Positions 40,064 to 55,400 of a DNA stretch of 64,000 nucleotides are shown here, one piece after another. The translations under genes and the position numbers were made by a program. Below the pieces are notes generated by a model, which searched no databases, had not been told where the DNA came from, and saw only the letters and a list, made by a program, of their open reading frames with translations. Source of the stretch: an uncultured Haloferula sp. (lineage in GTDB: Bacteria; Verrucomicrobiota; Verrucomicrobiia; Verrucomicrobiales; Akkermansiaceae); the NCBI GenBank assembly GCA_965652295.1, contig CBFGTS010000006.1:32001-96000 (forward strand), written 5' to 3'. Numbering within the stretch: position 1 is the first letter of the stretch; every line of letters starts with the position of its first letter.

Positions 40064-43000
40064 TCAAACTTCGTCGGGATGCAACCAGCGGAACGAGGTC
40101 ATCGTGAATCGACGCCCGAAGTCCTTGCTGGCCTCGCCGCGGAGGTCATCGAGCTCGGTCTCCGGCTCATCCGTCGGATCAAGGTAGTCCTTCTGCCGTT
40201 CGACGGTCGCCTCACACCATGCACGGGCGACCACTTTTCCGTTTTTCGCCAACGATTCCCCGTAGGCGCGGATGACGAACGTGTCCGAGCGCACGGAAAG
40301 CAACGGCGCGATCGGCGTCAGAATGTCAGCCTGTTTGACGAGCCCCGGTGCGCCGAAGGCCTTCGGTCCTTCCTCCGCCTCCGAGAAGGCGAACACGCTT
40401 GCCGCCGAACGATCGACCGAGCGTGAGCCACGGTTGAAACCGCTGTTGATGCCGACTTCGTCCGAGTCGAGCGCGCTTTGGATGGCACCGCAGCGCGCGA
40501 AATCCTCATCGCTTCCCGGCCTCCGATTCACGAAGTCCGCGAGGCTGAGAAAAGGACCGCGTTTCCTGACCTCTCTCACGATGGCGTAGGCGAGGCTCTC
40601 GATCTCGTCCTCCGACAACTCGCGACGCCCCACCCACTGGCTCGGCTCCGTCAGGTCGAGGTTGTTCGAGCCATCACACAGCTCGTCCTGAGGCGTTAAC
40701 AAGCCGGAAACGGGCACCTCCTCTCCAGCCGTCACCCGCTCCTTGCCGTCCATGTCCTGCACCACCACCGGCTGTTCCCGGAGCCCGCCCAACAGGGATT
40801 TCCAGGCCTCGACCGAGGTCGAGTTGACATTGAACATGCCATCCACCTTGAGCAGGCTGGCGACCAGAAAAGTGGCATCATCGTTCGGCTGGGTGCCGCT
40901 GATAAGGTCGCCGACCACGGACGTGGCATCCTCGTTTCCGAGGTTGGGCCGGTACCGGACCACCGGCAGGTTGGCATCACCACTGAAGAATTCTTCCGCT
41001 ACTTCACGTTGAGAACGGGACCCGGCAAAGCCCGGCCCGGTCTGGGGCGCGATGCCCGAAAAGAACCATTCGTCCCACAGGGCCAGATTCGCGAGATACG
41101 AATGGTCGGCCATCGGGCGGCCGCCGGGAAGGCTGCCCTCGGTCTCGCTCGAATCCATCATCGGAGGAGCCATCGAGTTGCCGATCGCGTGAGCGATCTG
41201 TGGCAGGAGCGGTTCGCGAGCGCTGAGGGCCGCATAGCCATACGGCGGACGCTGGGTGATGAAGCCGTTCGCGAAAGAATGCTGGAGTGCTCCCAGGGAA
41301 ACGATCGGCTCGCGGGGCACCGAATGAGTAATGATCGTGTTGGTTCCCGTCTCGGCGGTGAGGCCCCCGCCGTAGTAACTCCGACCCTGCTCATCCACTT
41401 CGATCTTCCCCTCCTTCCAGCTGATGATCGGCTGGACCCGGTACTCATACGGCAGGATGGCCCGCTCCTGCTCGGACATGTCATAAAAATCGACATGATG
41501 CGCCTTGGGATTGAACCGCGACAAGATGCGCGTGCCCATTTGCGCGTCCACCTCGGTCTTGGCTTCGAATGAAAAGACCATGAAGGGTGCCTTGTCGGAC
41601 AGCAGCTGGCTCAGACTCAACGGCCTTGCCTGCCCGGCGGTGAGCGGCGGGAAGACATCGGGAAGGCGGTTGGCGTAAAGCCGTTCCCTTGGGTTCTTGG
41701 TGCCGGGAGTTCCCTCTCCCCGGGTCTGTCGTCGCGCCGCTCTCTTGTTCCCGAAATCGTAGTCGATATAGATCCCACCCACGCCAAGGCTGTTGGCTCC
41801 TCGATCTTCGCCCATATAGAACTCGTGGTGCGTCATCGAGAAATGGCGAGTATGGGCCGGGCCTCCGGCAAGGGATCGACCGCTCCGGCTCGTCGCTCCA
41901 GCCGTCAGATCGTTAGCCCGCGCGGTGTAACGGACCACCGAGTTGCCGGCGAGATCAATGGGATTCCCATTCAGATCCCGCAGCGGAAGGGAGACCCCTC
42001 CCTCGTAGTGGAATCCCGCCCCGGCGAGCAGGTTGTGGTTGGTCTGATTGTTGGCATTCACGATCGTCGGGCGATTCTGGGAAAACCTCACCACCTCTCC
42101 CGGCTTCATGACAAGTTGCTCGCTGCGACCAATCACCAAGGACAGGTAGTTGTTGTCACTGTTGGCGGTGATTTTCCCCCCGGAAAGGGTGGAAATCAGG
42201 GGACATCGCCGGGGAGCGCCGGCACCCACCTCAAGATAGAGATCGTAGGGAACCTGCCAGTATTTCACGGAGAAGATGTTATTCCTCGGCAATACCACCG
42301 GCACATCGAGCGGATTCCAGAGAGTGATGACCGGATCTCCGACGAGATGCAGCCGGTTCACAGTCTGGCCATTGGAAGCCGTCACCCGCCGCGCTTCGAA
42401 GGAGAGGATCAACTGGTAGCTGAGCACCACGGGCTGCTTGAAATAGTAGAAATCGTCGCGCTGAGCCTGGGCGGCGTTGACCGGCAACTGGAGGTACGGA
42501 GTGTCGGCTCCGATACGTCCGCCCGTGGTATACTGCGGCCCCGGCCCCTCACTCAGGTCGCTGTGAAGTTGATAGAAAGCCGTGAGTTCCTCGAAGTTCA
42601 CGCCGTCCTCCCTGTTAACCTCATAAAGAGCTTCTTTCGACGACGCACCGACCGAGCGTTCCAGCTCCATCGAGAGATCCTTGCGGAAGCCCCCACGCCG
42701 GACATCCACCAGCAGCCCCGTCGAGTGTCCCGCGAGGTCGTGAAAAAGCGGACCGGCTTCCGCAGGCGATGACGCCAGCAGCCCCGCCTGTTTCCAGCCG
42801 GTCACCTTCGCCAGCCGCGGATCATAGGGAGCGAGGTCCGAAAAAGGCTGCTCTCCGATCGCCTCTGCGAGTTCCACCGCATCCCGCGGAGTTCCCTGCA
42901 GCTGGTTGCGAGCCAGTGACTTCACCTCCGGCCGCTCCGTTTCCGGTGCGGTGACCGACGCTTTCAGGCCTTGATCGCCCACCCACCAGGCGATGCGGGG

Positions 43001-43582
43001 TCCCTCCGCTCCGTCCAATCTCACCGTGGGCACTTCGACCCGCGCCTCCCGCCGGTCTCCGATCGTTCCTTCCCCCACCAATTCGATGCCCTCCTCCGCT
43101 GCCCCATCAGGAGACTCCTCATCCTCGACTGCCAGCGTTTCCCCGGAAACCAGCCACGAACGGAAGTCCGGGTCAGGGCGCTGCGCGAACTCGTCTCCCC
43201 AGGAATCGTAGACCCCCGTCCAGTGACGTCGACCTTCCACCGCCGAAGGAGAATCCCCGTCGGCCGAGTCGGAGCGCTGGTCGGAGGAAACCGTGATCCG
43301 TCGATCGGGGCCGACATGCTTTTGAAGTTGCCCGATCGCCATCATCAATGCCATTCGCGCATTTGATCTGGCCTCGGCCAAATCCCCGTTCGCACTCGAG
43401 TTCCGCAGGGAAATGGTGGACAGAGACAGCAGCCCCACACCGAGAAGGGTGAGGAGAACGGTCAACGAAATCACGATGATCAAGGCAAATCCTCGGGCCG
43501 CGTATGGACGCGCCGTCCTTGGGTCAGCAGGCTTCGCCCCGGGCGCACCGATGGCGGGTGATTCGGGTTTTTTCGCTATCAT
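40064..43582 (-). CDS. Large PilX/GspK-like (Verru_Chthon cassette protein A-like) protein
   Basis: RG|FALIIVISLTVLLTLLGVGLL without Glu5; ARSNARMALMMAIGQLQK; WWVGDQG; RGPFLSLADFVNR; RSDTFVIRAYG; GRRF...FRWLHPDEV. Confidence 0.8.
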   Translation of the reverse strand: MIAKKPESPAIGAPGAKPADPRTARPYAARGFALIIVISLTVLLTLLGVGLLSLSTISLRNSSANGDLAEARSNARMALMMAIGQLQKHVGPDRRITVSSDQRSDSADGDSPSAVEGRRHWTGVYDSWGDEFAQRPDPDFRSWLVSGETLAVEDEESPDGAAEEGIELVGEGTIGDRREARVEVPTVRLDGAEGPRIAWWVGDQGLKASVTAPETERPEVKSLARNQLQGTPRDAVELAEAIGEQPFSDLAPYDPRLAKVTGWKQAGLLASSPAEAGPLFHDLAGHSTGLLVDVRRGGFRKDLSMELERSVGASSKEALYEVNREDGVNFEELTAFYQLHSDLSEGPGPQYTTGGRIGADTPYLQLPVNAAQAQRDDFYYFKQPVVLSYQLILSFEARRVTASNGQTVNRLHLVGDPVITLWNPLDVPVVLPRNNIFSVKYWQVPYDLYLEVGAGAPRRCPLISTLSGGKITANSDNNYLSLVIGRSEQLVMKPGEVVRFSQNRPTIVNANNQTNHNLLAGAGFHYEGGVSLPLRDLNGNPIDLAGNSVVRYTARANDLTAGATSRSGRSLAGGPAHTRHFSMTHHEFYMGEDRGANSLGVGGIYIDYDFGNKRAARRQTRGEGTPGTKNPRERLYANRLPDVFPPLTAGQARPLSLSQLLSDKAPFMVFSFEAKTEVDAQMGTRILSRFNPKAHHVDFYDMSEQERAILPYEYRVQPIISWKEGKIEVDEQGRSYYGGGLTAETGTNTIITHSVPREPIVSLGALQHSFANGFITQRPPYGYAALSAREPLLPQIAHAIGNSMAPPMMDSSETEGSLPGGRPMADHSYLANLALWDEWFFSGIAPQTGPGFAGSRSQREVAEEFFSGDANLPVVRYRPNLGNEDATSVVGDLISGTQPNDDATFLVASLLKVDGMFNVNSTSVEAWKSLLGGLREQPVVVQDMDGKERVTAGEEVPVSGLLTPQDELCDGSNNLDLTEPSQWVGRRELSEDEIESLAYAIVREVRKRGPFLSLADFVNRRPGSDEDFARCGAIQSALDSDEVGINSGFNRGSRSVDRSAASVFAFSEAEEGPKAFGAPGLVKQADILTPIAPLLSVRSDTFVIRAYGESLAKNGKVVARAWCEATVERQKDYLDPTDEPETELDDLRGEASKDFGRRFTMTSFRWLHPDEV

Positions 43583-43874
43583 GGGTTTTACGCGAGGTTA
43601 CCGGGAACTCGCGCCGATCCCCCGCGGGCTACGGGAGACGAACGCGAACGATCCGACCACTAGTCGTATCATGGCACTTAAGGGAACATCCGGTGCCCTT
43701 CACAACCATCCTCGTGCGTATAGTTTATTCTGATTTGCGCAGTTCCTTGTCGCAGCAGGGAAAAAGCCGACATACGAAGTAAAGACATCTCCAGGAGCCA
43801 AGCGACCCACTCGAAGAGGCCGATCTTCTCCGACACCTTGACTTCCCCCACCTCCCCGTCACTATTCCCCGAAA

Positions 43875-46085
<2,211 letters not shown>

Positions 46086-46098
46086 CAATGATCATTTG

Positions 46099-46358
46099 AT
46101 GGTTTTCGACCGCCTTTTGCTCTCCCATGGACGGCGACGGCATTCTCGGGCAAAGGCGTCCGGAAATGCGGCGGTCGCTGGAATTCGCCCGGAACCCATA
46201 GAAAACGGGTGGCTGGACCGTGGGCAGTCGCTCGTTCTCCGCGTCCCCTCGGGCTCGCTCCCGAGGAGCCGAATTACGTTCTGAACCCCCAGCATCCGGA
46301 TTTTTCCAAGCTCGTTCTTGGCGAGGGCAAGGTGTTCCATTTCGATTCCCGGCTCTGA
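46099..46358 (+). pseudogene. RES-domain toxin remnant (frameshifted, internally deleted)
   Basis: Motifs in successive frames: WTATAFSGKGVRKCGGRWNSPG; WLDRGQSLVLRVPS; LAPEEPNYVLNPQHPDF...FHFDSRL*. Confidence 0.8.
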
Positions 46359-46361
46359 ACC

Positions 46362-46820
46362 ATGTCAGCCAAAGCCCATCTCATCCGGCACGTGCGCGAG
46401 GCGCTGGCCGAGCGCTTCGCGAAAATGGAAGCCGCCGCCCGCGACGCCCACGCCGCAGCCAGCGATCCGGACTCCAAGGCGGAATCGAAGTACGACACCC
46501 GTAGTTTGGAGGCCTCCTATCTTGCCGCCGGCCAGGCCCAGCAAGTGAGCGAGATGGCGGGAGCGGTCGCGCGCTTCAGTAATTTCGAAGCCCGGGATTT
46601 CGATCTGACCGATGCCATCGAAACCGGTGCCCTCGTCGAGGTGACCGGTGAGGAGGATTCCGCCTGGTATCTGCTCGCTCCGGCGGCCGGGGGACTGACC
46701 GTGGACTACGATGGCCTCGAAATCACCGTCCTGACACCGGCGAGTCGGCTCTATCAGGCCTTGCTCGGCAAGACCCTCGGCGACGAGGTGGACGAAGGAT
46801 TCGTCACCGAGCTGCGGTGA
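46362..46820 (+). CDS. GreA/GreB-fold protein with atypical tip
   Basis: N-terminal coiled coil with KAESKYDTRSLEASYLAAGQ; C-terminal GALVEV...ITVLTPASRLYQALLGK..GDEV. Confidence 0.8.
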   Translation: MSAKAHLIRHVREALAERFAKMEAAARDAHAAASDPDSKAESKYDTRSLEASYLAAGQAQQVSEMAGAVARFSNFEARDFDLTDAIETGALVEVTGEEDSAWYLLAPAAGGLTVDYDGLEITVLTPASRLYQALLGKTLGDEVDEGFVTELR

Positions 46821-46823
46821 ACC

Positions 46824-47147
46824 TCAGGGGTTCACCTTCTTCACGAAGCAGGCCTTCAGGGCGATGGCCATGTTGTCCATGCGGCAGGAAATCTCGTGGT
46901 CGCCCTCGACGAGGCGGATCGGCTTGGATTTGGTGCCGCTTTTCAAAACCTCAGAGGAGCCCTTGAGTTTCAGGTCCTTGATCATTGCGACGATGTCTCC
47001 ATCGGCCAGCACGTTGCCATAGGCGTCTTTCACCACCCGCGCCTCTTCGGGCTTCTCCCACTCGTGGCCGCAGGTCAGGCATTCGAACTTGTTCTCGTGC
47101 GCGATGACTTCATCCATCGTGCAAAGCGGGCATGCGGGGTGACTCAT
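46824..47147 (-). CDS. PhnA/YjdM zinc-ribbon protein
   Basis: CPLC...CLTCGHEW; VKDAYGNVLADGD; IKDLKLKGSS; LKACFVKK; ATG 47147. Confidence 0.9.
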   Translation of the reverse strand: MSHPACPLCTMDEVIAHENKFECLTCGHEWEKPEEARVVKDAYGNVLADGDIVAMIKDLKLKGSSEVLKSGTKSKPIRLVEGDHEISCRMDNMAIALKACFVKKVNP

Positions 47148-47197
47148 GGGCAGGAAGAAGAGGGAAAGATCCCACCCATGGCAAGAGCCCGCATCCG

Positions 47198-47230
47198 CTG
47201 TCAGTGGCATGATCGTCCCGATCATGAACG
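47198..47230 (+). repeat. Single REP unit of the 22065-22179 family
   Basis: ctgtcaGTGG-CATGATCG-TCC-CGATCATG-aacg. Confidence 0.85.
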
Positions 47231-47335
47231 AACGGGCATGAACCATGCCTTGAGCAGTTCGACTCTTCGACAAGAACCGACACTCCGGACCCCGCCGGCC
47301 GCGGGACCACCGATAGGCGATCCACAACCGCCACG

Positions 47336-47363
47336 AAAAAGGCGGGGCATGCGCCCCGCCTTT
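47336..47363 (-). terminator. Intrinsic terminator of eno
   Basis: Minus strand ggcggggc-gcat-gccccgcc-ttttt, ~25 nt after the eno stop. Confidence 0.85.
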
Positions 47364-47387
47364 GAAAAGCAGTGTTGCGGCCGCGGC

Positions 47388-50538
<3,151 letters not shown>

Positions 50539-50612
50539 CGCGGGAGAACGTGAGAAGACCGCCCGCAAAACGCAAGGCCCTTCCCATCGAAAGCTCCCGG
50601 GGCGTGTCAGCG

Positions 50613-51359
50613 CTACTCGCGGGCAGCGGGCACGACCACCCGCGGACGCGGTCGGCGGCTCCAGTGACGGTCTTCGGTGCGGTTGAGCCCGCGGATCAGA
50701 GCCTCCACCGAGGAGCGCCAGGCGGGTGGTACGGCCGCACCCTCGCCACGAACAGGGCCTTCGTAAATAACGTGGGCGTCGGCATCCCGGATCACCACCA
50801 CGAATCCTTCCTCTTCCTTCGTCAGCCGCGCGGTGCTTCCATCCTCGCGCGAAACCTCTGCCACGCTCGACTGCGGATAAACGACCGTCTTCGGCATCCC
50901 GGGCACACCCGGAGGGACCAGCGTGACATCCATCGGGGAAACAGGAGCTTCGAGCTGCATTTCCGGCATTTCCTCCAACGTCAGCTCCAGCGTCACCTTC
51001 TCGCCGGAACGCATCACCGCGAGCTTCACCGTGTCGCTTTTCCCATACATCCGCAGCAAGGTCGCGAACTGCGCCTCGTTCACCAGCAGCTGGTCATCGA
51101 GCATCCACACGATGTCATACGGCTTCACGCCGGCTTCCGCCGCGGGACCGCCCGGGAAAACCTTCTCGACCAAAAATCCGATGCCCTCCGGCAGCCCGGG
51201 CGCGTGCGCACGCATCTCCGGAGCCAGCGGGCTCACGGAAAAACCGACCCACACGTGACGAGCCGGCTGCGCCGGCGCGGCCTCCTTCTCCTCGGCGGAG
51301 ACAGGAGCCACGGCGATCAGCGCGACGATAGGAAGAAGAAGGTGGAAAAGCGTCTTCAT
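50613..51359 (-). CDS. Secreted PDZ-domain protein without protease domain (cassette 2)
   Basis: Signal peptide MKTLFHLLLPIVALIAVAPVSA; WVGF...GFLVEKVFPGGPAAEAGVKPYDIV; C-terminal VIYEGPV domain; ATG 51359. Confidence 0.85.
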   Translation of the reverse strand: MKTLFHLLLPIVALIAVAPVSAEEKEAAPAQPARHVWVGFSVSPLAPEMRAHAPGLPEGIGFLVEKVFPGGPAAEAGVKPYDIVWMLDDQLLVNEAQFATLLRMYGKSDTVKLAVMRSGEKVTLELTLEEMPEMQLEAPVSPMDVTLVPPGVPGMPKTVVYPQSSVAEVSREDGSTARLTKEEEGFVVVIRDADAHVIYEGPVRGEGAAVPPAWRSSVEALIRGLNRTEDRHWSRRPRPRVVVPAARE

Positions 51360-51361
51360 CG

Positions 51362-51811
51362 TCAAAACGTGTTCACCGGCAACATCACCCACTCCTCGCG
51401 CGGGTGCAGCACCCTCACGGTCTGCCCCGTGGCTTCGTCGTGAAAGCGTTCCTCGTTCACCACCTTCACGTGCCACCCTTGGAGGAGCGAGCCGTTCTCG
51501 TCCAACCACTCACCATCCCGCTCGGCGGAAACCACGCCTTCGCTGGAGGAAACCAGCTGCATGGCAGGAACCACCGCCCGATCCGCCACCTCCGGCGCAT
51601 CCGGCTCCGGCAAGGTATGCCAGGCCAATGCCGCCGCACCCGTGACCGCGGCGGCCATTCCCGAAATCCTCCACCACGGCCACCTTCTCGTCTCCTCCAC
51701 CCCGGCCAGGGAGTCGATCATGGCGTCCATTTCCCGAGCACCGCGGTCGGTGAAACCGCGGGGAACCAGCGATTCGCGGAGCATTTGCTCGATACGATCC
51801 ACCTCATCCAT
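51362..51811 (-). CDS. Putative single-pass anti-sigma factor (cassette 2)
   Basis: 8-nt overlap with the sigma gene; SLVPR; TM MAAAVTGAAALAW; ...HPREEWVMLP. Confidence 0.75.
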   Translation of the reverse strand: MDEVDRIEQMLRESLVPRGFTDRGAREMDAMIDSLAGVEETRRWPWWRISGMAAAVTGAAALAWHTLPEPDAPEVADRAVVPAMQLVSSSEGVVSAERDGEWLDENGSLLQGWHVKVVNEERFHDEATGQTVRVLHPREEWVMLPVNTF

Positions 51812-52328
51812 GGCCGGCCTCCTTCGTGCGTTGCATTTTTTGCGCGAGCTGCTCCAGCGCGTAGCGGTAGCGCGAGGCGGCCGTGTTCGGCGAAATCGCC
51901 AGAGCTTCCGAGATTTCCGCAAAGGTCAGGCCGCCCCAGATCTTCATTGTCACCACCTCGCGCAGCTTGTCGCTGAGCTTCGCCACCTCGTCGCGCAGGT
52001 GCTTCGCGTCCTCGTCGTCCTCCAGCGCGGGGTCGAGCCAGACGTCGTCAAAATCGTTGAGGTAGACCACCGACTCCTCGCGCTTGCGGCGACGCGTTTC
52101 CGAACGATGCCGGTTCAGCCCCGCAAAGCGGATCGTGGAAAACGCCAGTGGCAGGTCCGGCGGACGTCCGCCCTTTTCCTCCTGCACGGTCCACAACCGC
52201 ATCACCGCCTCCTGCACCAGGTCCTCCGCGTCCGCCTGGCAAGGAGCCCAAGACCGCGCGAAGGCGAGCAGCCGGTGACCGTTGTCGGCCATCCACTGCT
52301 TCCATTCGCGGGCGCGCTGCTTCCTCAT
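51804..52328 (-). CDS. ECF sigma-70 family factor (cassette 2)
   Basis: DAEDLVQEAVMRLW; TFAEISEALAISPNTAASRYRYAL; ATG 52328. Confidence 0.93.
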   Translation of the reverse strand: MRKQRAREWKQWMADNGHRLLAFARSWAPCQADAEDLVQEAVMRLWTVQEEKGGRPPDLPLAFSTIRFAGLNRHRSETRRRKREESVVYLNDFDDVWLDPALEDDEDAKHLRDEVAKLSDKLREVVTMKIWGGLTFAEISEALAISPNTAASRYRYALEQLAQKMQRTKEAGHG

Positions 52329-52341
52329 TCGTAGGGAAAAT

Positions 52342-52364
52342 GCCGCCCGGACGTCCGTTTGTCT
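52342..52364 (-). promoter_or_regulatory. Putative ECF promoter AGACAA-N11-GGCGGC
   Basis: Ends 13 nt before the sigma ATG; mirrors 30401-30423. Confidence 0.5.
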
Positions 52365-52455
52365 GCAAAATCTTTCGCCCCCCACCGGGGCAAATAAGCG
52401 CCGCCGGAAGGACCTTCCGACGGCGCTTGGATTTGGATTCCGGAAAAACCGCAAA

Positions 52456-55400
52456 TCACTCCACGAGGATCACCCTGAAGAACACCCGTGGCTGACCGTC
52501 GAATTCCTCGAATGCCGTCAGATCGATGTCCACGGCGGTCGTTCCTCCCGCCGCCACGATGTTCGGCTCAACCGGGATCCAGGTTTGCAGATCGACCGAG
52601 GCTTCCACCGTGTAGGTTTCACCAGAGGTGGACGAGAAGCTGAAGCTCGCGTTCGTGATCGGACTCCCCGTCAGCGCGAAGGCGGAGATGCGGAAGTCTG
52701 GATCGGTCGGAACCACTCCTCCTTGCTCCACCAGAGGAATACCACTCGTCGTCGACACCGTCGTCCCGGAGCCCTTGGTAAGGAGCGGGTAGTTGAAGGT
52801 GCGGTCGGCGGCCGATGCGCCGATCACTTCCCAGAACGATCCACCTCCGCCTTCATAGACGAGAGTCTGGATGCGATACTGACCCACTTCCAGATCCACG
52901 CTGACCAAAGTCCGGCTATTGCCGGTGCCCGTCTCGACTCTCACCGCATTGTTCACCGTGCTTCCCGGCGCCGTGGTCAGGGCGGCGATCGCGGGTAGGG
53001 CGGTGAATACAATCGAATCGATCGTCGGGTCCGTGGTTCCATTGTGACCGTAGATATACATGTAGCCCCCGTCGTCACCTTGGAAGCCGAGGTGATAGGT
53101 CCCAGCCTGCGTGATATCCAGGATCCCTGTTGCCCGCATCGCGTAGTCATTGTCTCCGGCAGGGGTGTTCAGCGGCCAGGGATTGGTCGGGGTGAACGAG
53201 CCCTCAGGTCCGTCCTCGGGATCCCGGAAGTCGAGGAAATCCCAAGTGCTGATCGCATTAGCTGGCTGGGGATCCATCGCAAGCGTCGCGTCGATTCGAG
53301 CCTCCGCACCAGCGATGGTGAAATCGAAGGTTCCTGAACTCGGCAGAGAACTTTCGACCGTCCAGCCCGGTTCGGCGATGCCTGGAACCAGCACCGTTCC
53401 CGGCGCTTGGTAGCCCACCAGTTGGAATCCGCCCGGGGGAGTGGTGGCATTGAGCCATATGCCGGGAGCGGCAGCGATTTCATAGTAGAACCACCCTCCA
53501 CCTTCCTGGTGGACGAATTCCACATCATACGAACCCACCTCGAGCTGCATGACGCCGCGTCCCTCGAAGGCACCGACCCCGTCGTTGTAGATCTCATTGA
53601 GATTCGACATCTGGAAGGTCACCGCGCCGGAGGCCGAGACCGCCGTCGGATCAGCAAGGCCATCGACACCCTTGAAGCGGAGCAGGAAGCCATCATCCCC
53701 CGCATAAGTAAAGGTGTAGGGACCCGCGCTCGTGATCTGGATGCGGCCTTTCGCCACTGTCACGACGTTGTCTTCCACCGCCGTCGTGTTTCCGGGAAAT
53801 GGCAGGTCACCCCCGACGAGTCCGAGGTTTCCGCCCCCTTCGGGATCCCGGTGGTTCAAGTAGGGTTCCTGGGAGTCGACCGTCAGCCCGTCCCCATCCG
53901 CCGGCGTGCGGGTGGTGGTCGTGAGAAAGGTGATCGCCTGCGGGAAATTTCCAACCAGAACGTCGCCGTTCTGCGCTTGGCGGTAGGTTCTCATGCCGAA
54001 CGCTCCATCCGTTCCCATGGGACCCGGAAACTCCGTGGCGAAGCGCGGGCGAAACTCCGGGACGCTCGGATCGTCGGGATCGCCAACGAGCTCCCAGGTA
54101 TTCGTTTGCTTGTCCTCGGTAAAGGTGCCTTCCGCCCACGCGACTTCATAGAAGCCGCCGCTCCCTCCATCCCAGCCGAGGTAGACGATGTCGTAGGTGC
54201 CCGCCGCGTCGAATTCATACGTGCCGCGGGAATTGGAATCACCGGTCCCGCCATCGCGGAAAAGCGTCTGCGGCTCCACCGGATCAATGTTGCCGTCGCC
54301 ACCGGTGGAAATGAAACGCCCGCCGCCCGCTCCGGAGACGCGCATCGCGAAGCCATCGTCGCTGTGGACGGAGAACGTGTAGGTCCCGGGCGCCGGAACC
54401 GACACCTGCGTTTTGCCGACCACCACGAAGTCCTCTCCCGTGCCCTGGACGTCGGTCAGGATCGGAAACTCATTGTTGAAATTGCCCACGGCATTCGCCC
54501 CATTGGTGTCGCCATCGGCGTGATTGAACACCGGCGCGCTGCCACTGACAGGCGGATCCACCGTCACCGTCGTGCCATTGACGACGTCAATCGCGTCCGC
54601 GATGTTCTGAGTGCCCGGAACCAGCCATTCCCGGATGCCCCAGGTCCCGACCGAGCCCGGCTCGCCATCGACTACGGACGGCAAGCGGTGACTCACGAAA
54701 CTCCCCGTAAGAAAGGCGGTAGCCCCGCCGCCGCTCCTCGGCACTTCGAGGTCATACAGATACTCGTTCGAAGGCAGCAGATCGACGTCGACCGTCACCA
54801 CCACCGTTCCCGCGTCGTCCGTCACGGTGATATCCCCTGGATCCACGGTGAAGAACGCCGCGGTTTCCGGATAGAGATCGATGACGAACTCACCGGCCGT
54901 ATCGATTGCGAAGCCGGGCGTGCTCTGCAGCCTGAACTCGATCTGGTTCGGCGAAAGGGCTTTCGCGGAATCCAGCACCGGGTCCTCGGCGTACGCCGTC
55001 AGCAGCTCCTCGGTGATGGTCGTCACATTGGCCGATTCGTCCGTATTGTAGAGCCGGATCTCGCCAATCCGTCCCGTCAGCCCGGCGTGGCCTTCGGTCG
55101 GAATCCTGCCGAATGCGATTTCCGCGCCGTTGCGCGCCGCGGTGCTGGCGGAAAGATCCTCGGCAACCTTCACTCCATTGACGTAGATCCTCTGCTCACC
55201 TGCGTTGTTCCAGGTAAAGACCGCAACCTGCAACTGGTTGAGCGGATAATCGCCACTGAAGATCGTCCGGTCGGGGCTGCCCGTGCCTGCATTGACCCGG
55301 GTGCCGTTCCAACCCAACGCCCAGTCAGGAACCGTCCCGCCCTGCTCCATGGTCACCAGACCGGACGAATTCCAAAAGTTCGCCCCGCTGGCTCCCGCGG

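Noticed and set aside
43672..43690. TGGCAC as a sigma-54 -24 element
   Set aside because: No TTGC at the -12 position
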